Shown here: positions 19,132 through 28,733 of the stretch, in pieces | Layout: each line of letters starts with the position of its first letter | Numbering within the stretch: the stretch's first letter is position 1 | Source: a virus | IMG/VR virus record: IMGVR_UViG_3300008116_000055 | Span: 99,542-163,541 of that record | Reading direction: 5' to 3' (one strand) | DNA length: 64,000 bases | The notes under the pieces: model-generated | Told to the model about the DNA's origin: nothing | The model's input: the letters and a program-made list of their open reading frames with translations, nothing else | Databases searched by the model: none | Position numbers and translations under genes: made by a program

Positions 19132-20508
19132 ATGAAAATTACAAAAACACTATTATTAATTTTAGGATTGTTTACAATCGTATACTCATGTTCTGACACG
19201 AGTAAAACAATTAAACCACAAGAGTTCCCAACGGACTTAGGTATTTCGGGATTCAATTTTCCTGAAGACTCTACGAAAATTTACGGATGGTTAGAGAATC
19301 AAGATACAACCAGTATTGTAAATCACGCGTGGGGTATTTGGGCTGGACTTACTCAACCAACAAAACAAAAATACAATGGTCAAACATTGTTGGTTTTTGA
19401 AACTTGGATGGGTGTTCAAGAACTATCTGCAATGTCTGCACAGGGTCAAGTTTCAAGTTCAATGGAAAAATCAAACAGAACTGAACTTAACATCCCGAAA
19501 CAATTTGTACATGGTAAACTTTTCGCGGGACAAAAGATTGACACAAACTTCACTGTGTTGGAAACAGTTTCTTATGACCCATCTGCGGCACATTTTGCAA
19601 CATCAAACAAATTATTTAATCAATCGTCATTGAACAAATATTTGGTAAAAGATGGAATTGGTGCGGTACCTGAATTTCCTAATACTTCAATCACCACCAA
19701 ACCAACATATTATGCTGGTGTACCAAGTAAAAACGGTTTGATTAGAGTACCTGTTTGGGTATCACCAAATCCGGCCAAAGCGTATAGATATAATGAATGG
19801 CAACAATGGGTTTACGCCGATGTTAATAATAAACAGGAACCGAATAAAAAGTTAGTACCTGTAACAACATCAAATCCCACAGAGGAACAAATTAAAGATG
19901 CGACCTGTAACGTAAATGATTTTATTAATTATAAAATTGATAGAGTAGGTGCGGACTATCTCAATAGTCACCAAGACGTTGGAACTACACCAAGTAGACA
20001 ATTTATCGAAGGTGACTATGTGTTGTTGGTAGCCATGCACGTAACAACAAAAGAATTTAAAAATTGGACATGGCAAACTTATTTTTGGTGCCCTGACCCG
20101 TCTAACCCTCCTTCACCAAGTTCTAAATTTGAAGCAGGTCTTAGACCTAAAGAACTTAAAGGCGCCGCTTCACACTACGCAGTTAGTACAGCATACGCAA
20201 TGGTTTGGCCGAATCAACCTGTGAGTGGCGGTTCTGACAACAACGCTAGACCGATACTTGCTTTCAATCCTTATTTAGAGGGTGGATTTGGTCCAAAAGT
20301 TTTCAGTTTACAAAACAAATTCAGACCTGATTTTGTGTATGGAATGCAAACAAACTGTATGTCATGTCACGCATTGTCGACTATGACGGGTAAGAATGGA
20401 TACACCACAAATCAATACATTGATATGATGGACACATCGTTATTTAAGAATGATGTTAAATTAGATTTCACATGGTCAATTCAAGGTAACTTGAATTCTG
20501 ATAAGTAA
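19132..20508 (+). CDS. secreted lipoprotein with single CxxCH motif
   Basis: 458 aa. N-terminal MKITKTLLLILGLFTIVYSC lipobox. C-terminal GMQTNCMSCHALS contains a haem-c-type CxxCH. Confidence 0.55.
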   Translation: MKITKTLLLILGLFTIVYSCSDTSKTIKPQEFPTDLGISGFNFPEDSTKIYGWLENQDTTSIVNHAWGIWAGLTQPTKQKYNGQTLLVFETWMGVQELSAMSAQGQVSSSMEKSNRTELNIPKQFVHGKLFAGQKIDTNFTVLETVSYDPSAAHFATSNKLFNQSSLNKYLVKDGIGAVPEFPNTSITTKPTYYAGVPSKNGLIRVPVWVSPNPAKAYRYNEWQQWVYADVNNKQEPNKKLVPVTTSNPTEEQIKDATCNVNDFINYKIDRVGADYLNSHQDVGTTPSRQFIEGDYVLLVAMHVTTKEFKNWTWQTYFWCPDPSNPPSPSSKFEAGLRPKELKGAASHYAVSTAYAMVWPNQPVSGGSDNNARPILAFNPYLEGGFGPKVFSLQNKFRPDFVYGMQTNCMSCHALSTMTGKNGYTTNQYIDMMDTSLFKNDVKLDFTWSIQGNLNSDK

Positions 20509-20527
20509 TAACATAAAATAACAACAA

Positions 20528-20839
20528 GTGAAGCTCCGTAAAATCGTAAAAGAATATAAAAATGCTACAACTTATGAGATATGGGAAGGAATTAGAGACA
20601 ATTTTACTTTCGGTTTCATCGGAGCGACACTTGTTGTTTTTATTGCAACAAGAACCGACTTTGCTGTTCTTATCGGTTATATTGTCTACTATTATTACAT
20701 GGGTCGGATAGTTAATCGACCAAAGTACGTTACAGATTTAGGTAAGTTGATAGTTTTCCCAATCCCTTCGGCATTGGGTGCGTTCACAGGGTATAAGTTA
20801 TCTTATACTTTAATTGGGTTATTGGGGAGTATTTTTTAA
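20528..20839 (+). CDS. hypothetical membrane protein (GTG start)
   Basis: 103 aa, two predicted TM helices. The track start is GTG, with no in-frame ATG before the hydrophobic core. Confidence 0.35.
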   Translation: MKLRKIVKEYKNATTYEIWEGIRDNFTFGFIGATLVVFIATRTDFAVLIGYIVYYYYMGRIVNRPKYVTDLGKLIVFPIPSALGAFTGYKLSYTLIGLLGSIF

Positions 20840-20988
20840 TTAGTTCTCCTACCCTGTCCACGGTAGTTTTTCTCACTTTTATCGTGTTTATTAAAAGATT
20901 TTTTAGCTTTACCTAATCTTCTTTTACCAAAATTCACCTTTATAGATGCGTTTGATGATTTACCTTTTGAACTTTTTCCTGCTGCCAT
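20836..20988 (-). CDS. hypothetical small basic protein (50 aa)
   Basis: Hand-translated MAAGKSSKGKSSNASIKVNFGKRRLGKAKKSFNKHDKSEKNYRGQGRRTN. Convergent, its stop overlaps the stop of 20528..20839. Confidence 0.25.
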   Translation of the reverse strand: MAAGKSSKGKSSNASIKVNFGKRRLGKAKKSFNKHDKSEKNYRGQGRRTN

Positions 20989-21057
20989 GTTAATAATTTT
21001 ATAAAAATAAATATGGATATCATTAAAAAAGTGGTATATTTGTAAAAAATATCAAAA

Positions 21058-22893
21058 ATGCAACTCATCAAACAAAGATTTTCTTATTTCAGAATAGATT
21101 TAGTTAGGGATAATTGTATGTTGTCTGAAGATAGACCAATACCAATTGTTGTATCTGATGGTAAAGAACTGGATGATGATTTTTTATTTACTGAACAGGT
21201 TAAGACACTTGAGCCCGTTGTAAATAGGGATACCAAATTTGAAACCATAAAATTGGAACCAAGACCATCAAAGGGTGCGAGGACAAAATATTTTTATGGT
21301 GAAAAAGAAAAAGAATACGTTTCTTTCATAAAATTGACAAAAGAACCTTGTTACACAACAAGTGAAAAACATTTAAAAAGACATTATGGGAATCCTTTCT
21401 CATCAATACAAATTGTAACATTTGAAAGAACAATAGAACTTAGAGAAGGTAAACTTTACATAAGGTGTTACAAGAATACCAGATATCGTGATTTTAATTG
21501 GAAATATTTCCGTAAATCTTCCAAGGTAATGACGTTAACAATTGATTTACAGAAGGGAGATTTTACGATTGGGGATATGAATTTTGGAAAGATAAAATCC
21601 AAAAGATTTAGAAAAAATTCATTTACTACGTTAGAAATCTTGTTGGGTTCAAACAGTCTTTTCAATTTAAAAAAAGAGTTTAGTAACAATCTTAAAATCG
21701 CTAAGGAATTTGATGACACATTTAATGAACACGAATTTGTAAATGTTATTAAAAATCACATTCCAAACTTACCTACTAACGTTGGAAACTTATTTGATAA
21801 ACATTTTTTTATAACTAGTTTTATTGAATTCTTTGCGGAAAAGAAAAAAATAAAAACACCAAACGACTTTGTACCACTTATTAAAATACATTACCCAACT
21901 GAAAAATACCTTAAAAAGAATCAGAGAAAATTAATGCAATCTATTTTGGATAGTTACGGAATAAATTCAAAATTTACCTTGAAACTTTTCCATGAAAATC
22001 CAAAATTAAATTTACAAGAGTTTTCATGTATGTGTGATTTACTTGGAAAGGATTATCCAAAATACCTCGGTTCTTTGAAAAGTGAATGTTTTAATCTTTT
22101 TATGGTAGATAATGGTAATGCACATTCTATGGTACCGCTTGAATTGAGAGGTGCTAAAAATCACCACCGACACCTGTTTATTGATAATGTTGATAGGGAA
22201 AATATCATTAAAATTTTAAATTCCCTGATTCCCAAACCGGCAGGAGACCATTCAGTATCGTCGGTTACTCGAGGTATATACACTTTGATAAAAGACCACT
22301 TCGATATGATTGAAAAGATTCGTGAATTTGACCCTAACATAAAAATGAGGGCAACAAATTACACGGACTTTCATACAGAGCACATTGAACTATCCAAGAC
22401 ATGTTCATTAATCAAAAAGGGTTGGTCAATCGAATATCAATATGACAACAGAATGGTGAGATTAGTGGAGGAACAAATAAAGACTCGATTTGAGAACGAC
22501 AATCATATTTTTTCTCCTGTGATATTAAAGAGAGAAGAAGAATATTCGGAAGAGGGTACATTTATGCACCACTGTGTTGCCAGTTACGCAAACAAAGAAT
22601 CATCAATGATAATTTCATTGAGGACCAACGGTGGTTCAGATAGAGTAACATGTGAGTTTAACAAAAAAACAGGTGACTGTATTCAGGAGAGACATTTTTG
22701 TAATAAGTTACCACCTGAGTATTTTGGTGAATCATTAGAAATATTAAAACAAAGAGTTAGAAAATTTGCGTCACAAAGATTATTGAACCACATTGATATT
22801 AAAAAGGTGAAAGTTAAAATAAATGGGAAGGAAGTCAACCAAAGAGAACCTGATTTATTTGAACAACTGATGAATGGTGACATAGAGTTTTAA
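21058..22893 (+). CDS. large hypothetical protein, paralogue A
   Basis: 611 aa. Shares ILDSYGI(N/K)SK(F/Y) and a C-terminal EG(T)FM(H/K)(H/N)C(V/M) Cys/His block with the next gene. TATATTTG -7 box at about 21035-21042. Confidence 0.55.
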   Translation: MQLIKQRFSYFRIDLVRDNCMLSEDRPIPIVVSDGKELDDDFLFTEQVKTLEPVVNRDTKFETIKLEPRPSKGARTKYFYGEKEKEYVSFIKLTKEPCYTTSEKHLKRHYGNPFSSIQIVTFERTIELREGKLYIRCYKNTRYRDFNWKYFRKSSKVMTLTIDLQKGDFTIGDMNFGKIKSKRFRKNSFTTLEILLGSNSLFNLKKEFSNNLKIAKEFDDTFNEHEFVNVIKNHIPNLPTNVGNLFDKHFFITSFIEFFAEKKKIKTPNDFVPLIKIHYPTEKYLKKNQRKLMQSILDSYGINSKFTLKLFHENPKLNLQEFSCMCDLLGKDYPKYLGSLKSECFNLFMVDNGNAHSMVPLELRGAKNHHRHLFIDNVDRENIIKILNSLIPKPAGDHSVSSVTRGIYTLIKDHFDMIEKIREFDPNIKMRATNYTDFHTEHIELSKTCSLIKKGWSIEYQYDNRMVRLVEEQIKTRFENDNHIFSPVILKREEEYSEEGTFMHHCVASYANKESSMIISLRTNGGSDRVTCEFNKKTGDCIQERHFCNKLPPEYFGESLEILKQRVRKFASQRLLNHIDIKKVKVKINGKEVNQREPDLFEQLMNGDIEF

Positions 22894-22916
22894 TACTACA
22901 TAATTAAATTTAGTCC

Positions 22917-24320
22917 ATGTATATTTTATACATGGATTTGTTACTTAGACATTATCAAAACAAAAAATCCAAAACGAACAATTCGGTTTCGATTTGTGAA
23001 TTACAGTTGTATCAATATGATAGTTTGATACACTATATCGCGGATTTTTCTTTCGATTATTTACGATACGGAATAAAAAACATCCTTACCATCCATCACG
23101 GGTTCACGGTTAATTTAAAAAACGGGGACATAAATACTTACTACCAATTATCAAACTATTCAGTGAGTGAAGGTGATAAAGGTAGAAGTAAAAATAATAG
23201 AAAGAAGAATAATTTTGATTCAATACTTGCACTAATAGAAAACGGCATGTACAAGGGTGAAAAGAGAAAAGATTATTGGGGTAAAAGGTATAATAAATCA
23301 ATTCAGGACATTATTAATATTTTAATATCCAAAATACAATCTGAGTCAAATTTTAATATTGAAAAGAATTATCAAGAGAAATGCTATATTAATCCACTAT
23401 ATGATTTGTTAGTTGATTTTCATTTATCAAAGAAAAATATAAAATACCATGATACTGTTTACACCACAATTCAACAAGAGTATCCACAGAAAAAATGGTT
23501 AAAATTAAATGATAATAAATTTTTACCTTCTATTTTAGATTCGTATGGAATTAAATCAAAGTACTTGATTGCTGAATTAAATAAACCACAAAACTTTGAT
23601 GTGAATATTAAAAGTCTAAGCTTTCTATGTAAACTTTTTGGTGATGGTTACGTTGATTATTTAAGACAAACTAAGTGGCACGACATTGTAAAACGTAATT
23701 CTAATTTCAGAAAATTCCACACTTTGAAAAATGATAAAGAAAAATCCATGATGGTCAAGGTTATTAATGATTGGGAAACCACAAACCTATATAAAGATAA
23801 TTTTGTTGAGTTGGTGAACAAATTAATGAATCTTCGAGAATTCATAGAATCCAAAAATATCCCCTGTAAATTTAATGCGAGCGATTCCGACTCTGTAGAA
23901 TTACTTTTAAATAAATTTGAAAACATAAAAAATCATTTTAAAAGGGGTTACAAAACAAGATATTCATTTAATGAGGAGTTCATAAATGAAATAGAATCTG
24001 ACATTATAATTGACAATAAAGTTTTTCAAACCAAAATACTCAAAACCGAAGAGGATTTTTTCACTGAAGGATTTATGATGAAAAATTGTATGTCTAAACA
24101 ATTCAGCAAAGGTGTGGTCTATATCTATCTTTCCATGAAATGTAATCGAACAAAGATTAATTTAGAATATAAAAAAGGTAGTTTGATAATGTCTTTTGGT
24201 AAGGCCAATAGTCCTGTTGAGTCTTATTTCAATCCCGCAATAAATGAAATATCAAAAAAAATGATGAAATATTCCAATATGACATGGACTAAAGAAAAAT
24301 ATGAATATATTTCAAAATAA
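22917..24320 (+). CDS. large hypothetical protein, paralogue B
   Basis: 467 aa. Same conserved blocks as 21058..22893: FLPSILDSYGIKSKYLIAELNKP and TEGFMMKNCMSKQ. Confidence 0.5.
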   Translation: MYILYMDLLLRHYQNKKSKTNNSVSICELQLYQYDSLIHYIADFSFDYLRYGIKNILTIHHGFTVNLKNGDINTYYQLSNYSVSEGDKGRSKNNRKKNNFDSILALIENGMYKGEKRKDYWGKRYNKSIQDIINILISKIQSESNFNIEKNYQEKCYINPLYDLLVDFHLSKKNIKYHDTVYTTIQQEYPQKKWLKLNDNKFLPSILDSYGIKSKYLIAELNKPQNFDVNIKSLSFLCKLFGDGYVDYLRQTKWHDIVKRNSNFRKFHTLKNDKEKSMMVKVINDWETTNLYKDNFVELVNKLMNLREFIESKNIPCKFNASDSDSVELLLNKFENIKNHFKRGYKTRYSFNEEFINEIESDIIIDNKVFQTKILKTEEDFFTEGFMMKNCMSKQFSKGVVYIYLSMKCNRTKINLEYKKGSLIMSFGKANSPVESYFNPAINEISKKMMKYSNMTWTKEKYEYISK

Positions 24321-24384
24321 TTTTAGGATTTTTTTGGAAATCAAATTTTTCTTTTCTATATTTGGTTGGTAAAACCCCTTAATC

Positions 24385-24552
24385 ATGGAACCAAAAGAAT
24401 CAAAATCTAATTCTCACTTCAATATAAGTTTGGCCAAGTCAGGTTTGAGAATCGTGGCTTGTTATTTCTTATTTTTTACCAATTTAGAAACTGCGGCAAT
24501 TTTATTTTTTGTGGCGGAGATACTCGGTATCGCGGAAGAAATCTTTACATAG
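24385..24552 (+). CDS. hypothetical small membrane protein (55 aa)
   Basis: Hand-translated MEPKESKSNSHFNISLAKSGLRIVACYFLFFTNLETAAILFFVAEILGIAEEIFT. Confidence 0.25.
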   Translation: MEPKESKSNSHFNISLAKSGLRIVACYFLFFTNLETAAILFFVAEILGIAEEIFT

Positions 24553-24595
24553 AGAAAATAAATTAAAAACGGAACTATCAAGAACCAAACAGGAA

Positions 24596-24733
24596 ATGGA
24601 TAGTTTACAAACCTATCTATTTTTATTTGAAACTGAATATAATAGGTTCGCGATGGCGTATGATATGTTCTATGAAAGAAACCCAAAAGCTGCCGAAGAA
24701 TTTGACCACATATTATCAAATGAGACAGAATAA
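24596..24733 (+). CDS. hypothetical small protein (45 aa)
   Basis: Track ORF 24509..24733 begins at TTG. First ATG gives MDSLQTYLFLFETEYNRFAMAYDMFYERNPKAAEEFDHILSNETE. Confidence 0.3.
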   Translation: MDSLQTYLFLFETEYNRFAMAYDMFYERNPKAAEEFDHILSNETE

Positions 24734-25094
24734 GACAAAACAAAAAGTCGAACCACAAAAAGAAGAAGAGATGATAGTTGTTGACCCATCAAATGAAAAC
24801 AATCAGGATATTGGTATTAGTGGTGAATGGATTAATATTAGAAAATCAACAATAATCACCCTAAATGATTATTTGGTAGTTCAACACGATGAGGGACCAG
24901 TTTCTTTACGAGTTGAAATAAAGGCAGACTTTAATACTATACCACCTGAATACCATGAAATATTTTTAAATGTTTTATCTTCAAGATATCAAGGAAGAGT
25001 AAATTTTGGGGACAATCCGTTCTCAAAATGTAAACCAATCCAAAAGAGAAAATGGTATCAATTTTGGAGGTCAAAATATTTTGTCGGACCTTAA
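24719..25094 (+). CDS. hypothetical protein
   Basis: Track ORF 24627..25094 begins at TTG. First ATG (MRQNKTKQKVEPQK...) overlaps the stop of the preceding ORF. Confidence 0.4.
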
Positions 25095-25105
25095 TATTTA
25101 TTTTC

Positions 25106-25252
25106 ATGAAAAGTCCAAAAGAAATTAATAATCAGGTCATTAAAGAAGATAACCCAATTGTAAATGATGAAATAATTCAGGAGAATTATGAATCAGATAA
25201 TGATTATACTTGGGACGATAATAAACAACATACCGAACAAAATTTCTACTAA
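25106..25252 (+). CDS. hypothetical small acidic protein
   Basis: Track ORF 25052..25252. An internal ATG (MKSPKEINNQ...) avoids a 43-nt overlap with the upstream gene. Confidence 0.25.
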   Translation: MKSPKEINNQVIKEDNPIVNDEIIQENYESDNDYTWDDNKQHTEQNFY

Positions 25253-25716
25253 AACCAAGGAGGTACATCTCTATTTTTCCATGTTGTGAATTTTGATTTT
25301 GCACCCCTGTAGTAGTTTCTGTAAGATTCAATCACACAATCTGTTTTATACTCTATTGGCATTGCTTTTGGTGGTGTAGTCAAACCTTTGTCACAAATTT
25401 TTAATTTATTTGTGACACACCACTCAATAACTTCTTGAGATTTATGACGTTTACCATAACGGTAAGTGTACTCTTTACAAAGTTCTAAACCCAATTCACA
25501 GAGTATTAGATAGTTTGTCAAGGATTCTCTTACCCATATTGAACACGGGTGATTTTTATGTGACAACTTGTACGGTACTTGACCGGTTACTTGTTCGGTC
25601 ATGTGATGAGCCCCACACAAAAGTTGTGCAGTTTCCAATATCATTTTCACAACGTGTTTGTCGCAATGATATTCGGCACATTTTTTTACATCTTTATCAA
25701 GAAAGAATATATTCAC
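25249..25716 (-). CDS. conserved hypothetical Cys/His-rich protein
   Basis: 155 aa. MNIFFLDKDVKKCAEYHCDKHVVKMILETAQLLCGAHH... Feels like a conserved family I cannot name. Isolated minus-strand gene inside the plus block. Confidence 0.45.
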   Translation of the reverse strand: MNIFFLDKDVKKCAEYHCDKHVVKMILETAQLLCGAHHMTEQVTGQVPYKLSHKNHPCSIWVRESLTNYLILCELGLELCKEYTYRYGKRHKSQEVIEWCVTNKLKICDKGLTTPPKAMPIEYKTDCVIESYRNYYRGAKSKFTTWKNRDVPPWF

Positions 25717-25774
25717 AAGTCAAATATAGTGATAATTTGAAAAAAAATAGTTATATTTACTAAAAAATCTTAAA

Positions 25775-26461
25775 ATGATGCGTATTTCAAATTCATTAAT
25801 TGAAGGTGAAGTGAGAGAAATAAAACCTTTCATATTTGCTGTTATCGTTAAAAACCAATATGATAGGTCTAGCTTGTTTTGTAGATACCAAGAATTTTAC
25901 GAATCTCCATACCCACAGATTAGAGGTAAGTTTTTCACTTTAGAACAATACATGAAGTTGTACATTGATACAAATAAAAAACCTCATTTTACGTATCCAA
26001 GCGATTGGACTGGTTATAATATACCCTCGAAAGTTCTTTTAGAGGCAAAAAATACGTTTGGTTTACCTCGAACCCAATATGATTATACTATGTATGAAAT
26101 TATTGAATACTGTGAAAGAGAGTGTAGAATAAAGAATCGTGGTGAACAACATTCTTGGTATCTTATCGGCGCTGATAAAGTAAAAAGTGGTGTAATGAAT
26201 CATGAAATAGCTCACGGATTTTATTATACAAACCCACAATACAAAGTTGAGGTCGATTATTTAATTGGAGATATTAATCATAGAGATTATGAACATTTGA
26301 AAAAAGTTTTAATTAAAGGTGGATATTCTGACGACAAAACGATTATTGATGACGAGATTCAAGCATACATGTCAACAGGTAAACATCATGAATGGAAAGA
26401 TTCTGTCTATGAAAAATATTCGTCAGACTTTATTAAAATATTTAAAAGATTCAATAAATGA
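25775..26461 (+). CDS. hypothetical protein with HExxH motif (possible zinc metallopeptidase)
   Basis: 228 aa. VMNHEIAHGFYY contains HEIAH. Confidence 0.4.
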   Translation: MMRISNSLIEGEVREIKPFIFAVIVKNQYDRSSLFCRYQEFYESPYPQIRGKFFTLEQYMKLYIDTNKKPHFTYPSDWTGYNIPSKVLLEAKNTFGLPRTQYDYTMYEIIEYCERECRIKNRGEQHSWYLIGADKVKSGVMNHEIAHGFYYTNPQYKVEVDYLIGDINHRDYEHLKKVLIKGGYSDDKTIIDDEIQAYMSTGKHHEWKDSVYEKYSSDFIKIFKRFNK

Positions 26462-27030
26462 AAGTTATATTTTTAGACCACGACGGTGTAATTTGTTTGT
26501 CGTCAGAATGGGGTGGTCGATTCAAGAAACAAGAAAAATGGGGTGGTCGTAAATTATCTATGACAACATCAGAAATGCCACTAGAATACCGATTTGATAA
26601 TTTCAATCAAAAAGCGGTTAAGGTATTAAACCAAATCATCGAAAAAACAGGTGCGGAAATTGTAACGTCATCTGATTGGAAGAGGTGGGCAAATCTCGAA
26701 GAAATGGGTGAATACTACGAATCAAAAGGTATCTCTAAAAAACCAATCGCTCTCACACCTAATTTAGGTCAGTGTAATTGGTATAATGATAAAGTATGGG
26801 TTTGGTCACCGAGATGGGATTTGGAGATGACTCGCGTTATCGAGATTAAACAATTTTTACACGACCACCCTGAAGTTACTCATTGGGTTTCTGTTGATGA
26901 TTTGGATATGGGTAAAAATGGAGAGGACTGGAAAGATTGGGGTTTAGATAATTTTGTATTAACTCCATCATCTACTTTAGGTATCAAACAATCTGGTATA
27001 AAACAAAAGATTATCGATTACCTTACTTAA
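26458..27030 (+). CDS. HAD-like hydrolase
   Basis: 190 aa. N-terminal MKVIFLDHDGVI (DxDG motif I). ATGA-coupled. Confidence 0.4.
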   Translation: MKVIFLDHDGVICLSSEWGGRFKKQEKWGGRKLSMTTSEMPLEYRFDNFNQKAVKVLNQIIEKTGAEIVTSSDWKRWANLEEMGEYYESKGISKKPIALTPNLGQCNWYNDKVWVWSPRWDLEMTRVIEIKQFLHDHPEVTHWVSVDDLDMGKNGEDWKDWGLDNFVLTPSSTLGIKQSGIKQKIIDYLT

Positions 27031-27081
27031 TTACACCGTTTCTAAACGTAGGGATATTTATTTAAGTATAGAATTGTTTTA

Positions 27082-28410
27082 ATGAAAAAACCCACACTAC
27101 AAGAAGAATTACAACGAATCCATGAAATTACCTACGGTAAATCAATGGTAAATGAAAATTTTATCGATGATTTATTGGGTAAAATTGGGTTAGGTAAAAA
27201 AGACGAAAAAAAAATAGACGACCCCAAAAAGGCGGACTTAGTTTCACCTGACGTTGCAGAATTTTATAAGACATTAGAAGATACCGCAGCTCAGGGTGGG
27301 TTATCAGAACAACCAAGAGGTTCTATGGAATATCAAAAAGGTGTCGAAACTATGCAAATTGGTTTAATACTCTTGGGTTATGAGTTACCTAAATTTGGTG
27401 TTGATGGTTTATTTGGTCCTGAAACCGCAAGTGCTGTTAGAAAATTCAAATCAGATAATTCTGTAATCAAAGAAAGTGCCGATTCATTAAGAGATAAATT
27501 AGATGATTTAGGTTACACCGAAAAAGGTAATGAGTTAACCAGTGGTGGTTCTATTAATGACAAACTCACAGATATTGTTAGTCAAATTCTTGACAAGTAC
27601 AGTCAAAGTAATCCTGATGTTGAGGTTACCATAACCGCAGGTAACGATAAATTCCACCATAATTTAAATTACGTAAGTCAACACACCAAAGGAAATGCAA
27701 TTGATTTGGTTTTAAATCCATATAATTCAAAAAACGCTTCCGATTTTATAAAATTACTCAACTCAACAAAAAGTAGTGATGGTAATTTTTCATACATAGA
27801 TGAATACACCAATCCAACCAAAGCCGCAACTGGTGGTCATTTTCATTTACAATATGGTGGTAAATCATCTTCTAGTAGTGGTACTTCTGAAAATGCCACA
27901 CCTGAAATGTTAAATAAGTTATTGGAATTATTAAAAGCTAAAGGTGTTAAATCCGAAGAGTTAAAACAATACCTTGACCAAGCGGCTAAAAATTCACAAA
28001 TCAATGTTGACGGTTTAACGGACATCAATTTTTATAAAAAACTACTTGAAAATTTAGGTGCACCCGAAAGTGAGGAAAACTTAAAATTCTTATACGCTTG
28101 GAGACAGTCAGAAGGTTCGGGTGGAAAATATAATCCATTTAATACCACATGGGATTTACCGGGTTCCACTAACGCAAATAGTGTTGGTGTTAAAAATTAC
28201 AAATCTTTAGAAGACGGTATGAAAGCAACCATCAAAACATTGAGAAATGGTCTTTATACTTGTATTGTTGATGGTTTGGTAAATGATATTGGTGCTGCGG
28301 AAATTGCTAAGTGTGAATCACTTAAGACTTGGGGTACTGGTACTTTGGTTGCCAAAGTTGTAGATGGTTACGAAAGAGGTGCCAGTCCAAAAATCAAATC
28401 TTTAGCGTAA
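27082..28410 (+). CDS. peptidoglycan-binding domain + M15-family peptidase (cell-wall hydrolase)
   Basis: 442 aa. LGYELPKFGVDGLFGPETASAVRKFKSDN (PG_binding_1), then SQHTKGNAIDL (S-x-H-x-x-G-x-A-x-D zinc site of M15/VanY peptidases). C-terminal about 150 aa unassigned. Confidence 0.65.
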   Translation: MKKPTLQEELQRIHEITYGKSMVNENFIDDLLGKIGLGKKDEKKIDDPKKADLVSPDVAEFYKTLEDTAAQGGLSEQPRGSMEYQKGVETMQIGLILLGYELPKFGVDGLFGPETASAVRKFKSDNSVIKESADSLRDKLDDLGYTEKGNELTSGGSINDKLTDIVSQILDKYSQSNPDVEVTITAGNDKFHHNLNYVSQHTKGNAIDLVLNPYNSKNASDFIKLLNSTKSSDGNFSYIDEYTNPTKAATGGHFHLQYGGKSSSSSGTSENATPEMLNKLLELLKAKGVKSEELKQYLDQAAKNSQINVDGLTDINFYKKLLENLGAPESEENLKFLYAWRQSEGSGGKYNPFNTTWDLPGSTNANSVGVKNYKSLEDGMKATIKTLRNGLYTCIVDGLVNDIGAAEIAKCESLKTWGTGTLVAKVVDGYERGASPKIKSLA

Positions 28411-28465
28411 AAAATTAATTTTACTTTTTCTTTTTCTTTCATATCTTTTCATAAAACAAAAAGTT

Positions 28466-28690
28466 ATGGCAAAAGATACCTGTGTAATTTGTGGTGTTGA
28501 GACACCATATGAATTTGAAACTCATATTGATTTGAGATACGGTTACGTTGAGGGATTAGGTCAATTGTGTGAGAAATGTAATCGTTCCGATGAGACTAAA
28601 AACTTATGTGTTCCAATTGATTTAATTAGGGATACACCAAACGATATGGAATTGGGTGAAAAAGTCAGAAGATTGTCCGATAAGTATTAA
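28466..28690 (+). CDS. hypothetical small Cys-containing protein
   Basis: 74 aa. CVICGV...CEKCNRSDETKNLC zinc-ribbon-like Cys pairs. Confidence 0.4.
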   Translation: MAKDTCVICGVETPYEFETHIDLRYGYVEGLGQLCEKCNRSDETKNLCVPIDLIRDTPNDMELGEKVRRLSDKY

Positions 28691-28733
28691 CAATTCTGTT
28701 TTTGGTTGTATTTATATGTAAAGAATTATTTCT

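Noticed and set aside
24509-25094. Possible programmed frameshift joining 24509..24733 and 24627..25094 (107-nt two-frame overlap)
   Set aside because: Both track ORFs begin at TTG. Using the first ATGs gives two ordinary genes (24596..24733 and 24719..25094) with a 15-nt overlap. There is no slippery heptamer or downstream structure.
26490-26550. Direct repeat AATGGGGTGGTCG x2
   Set aside because: It lies inside the HAD-like gene and simply encodes a duplicated EWGGR/KWGGR peptide. It is a coding repeat, not a regulatory element.
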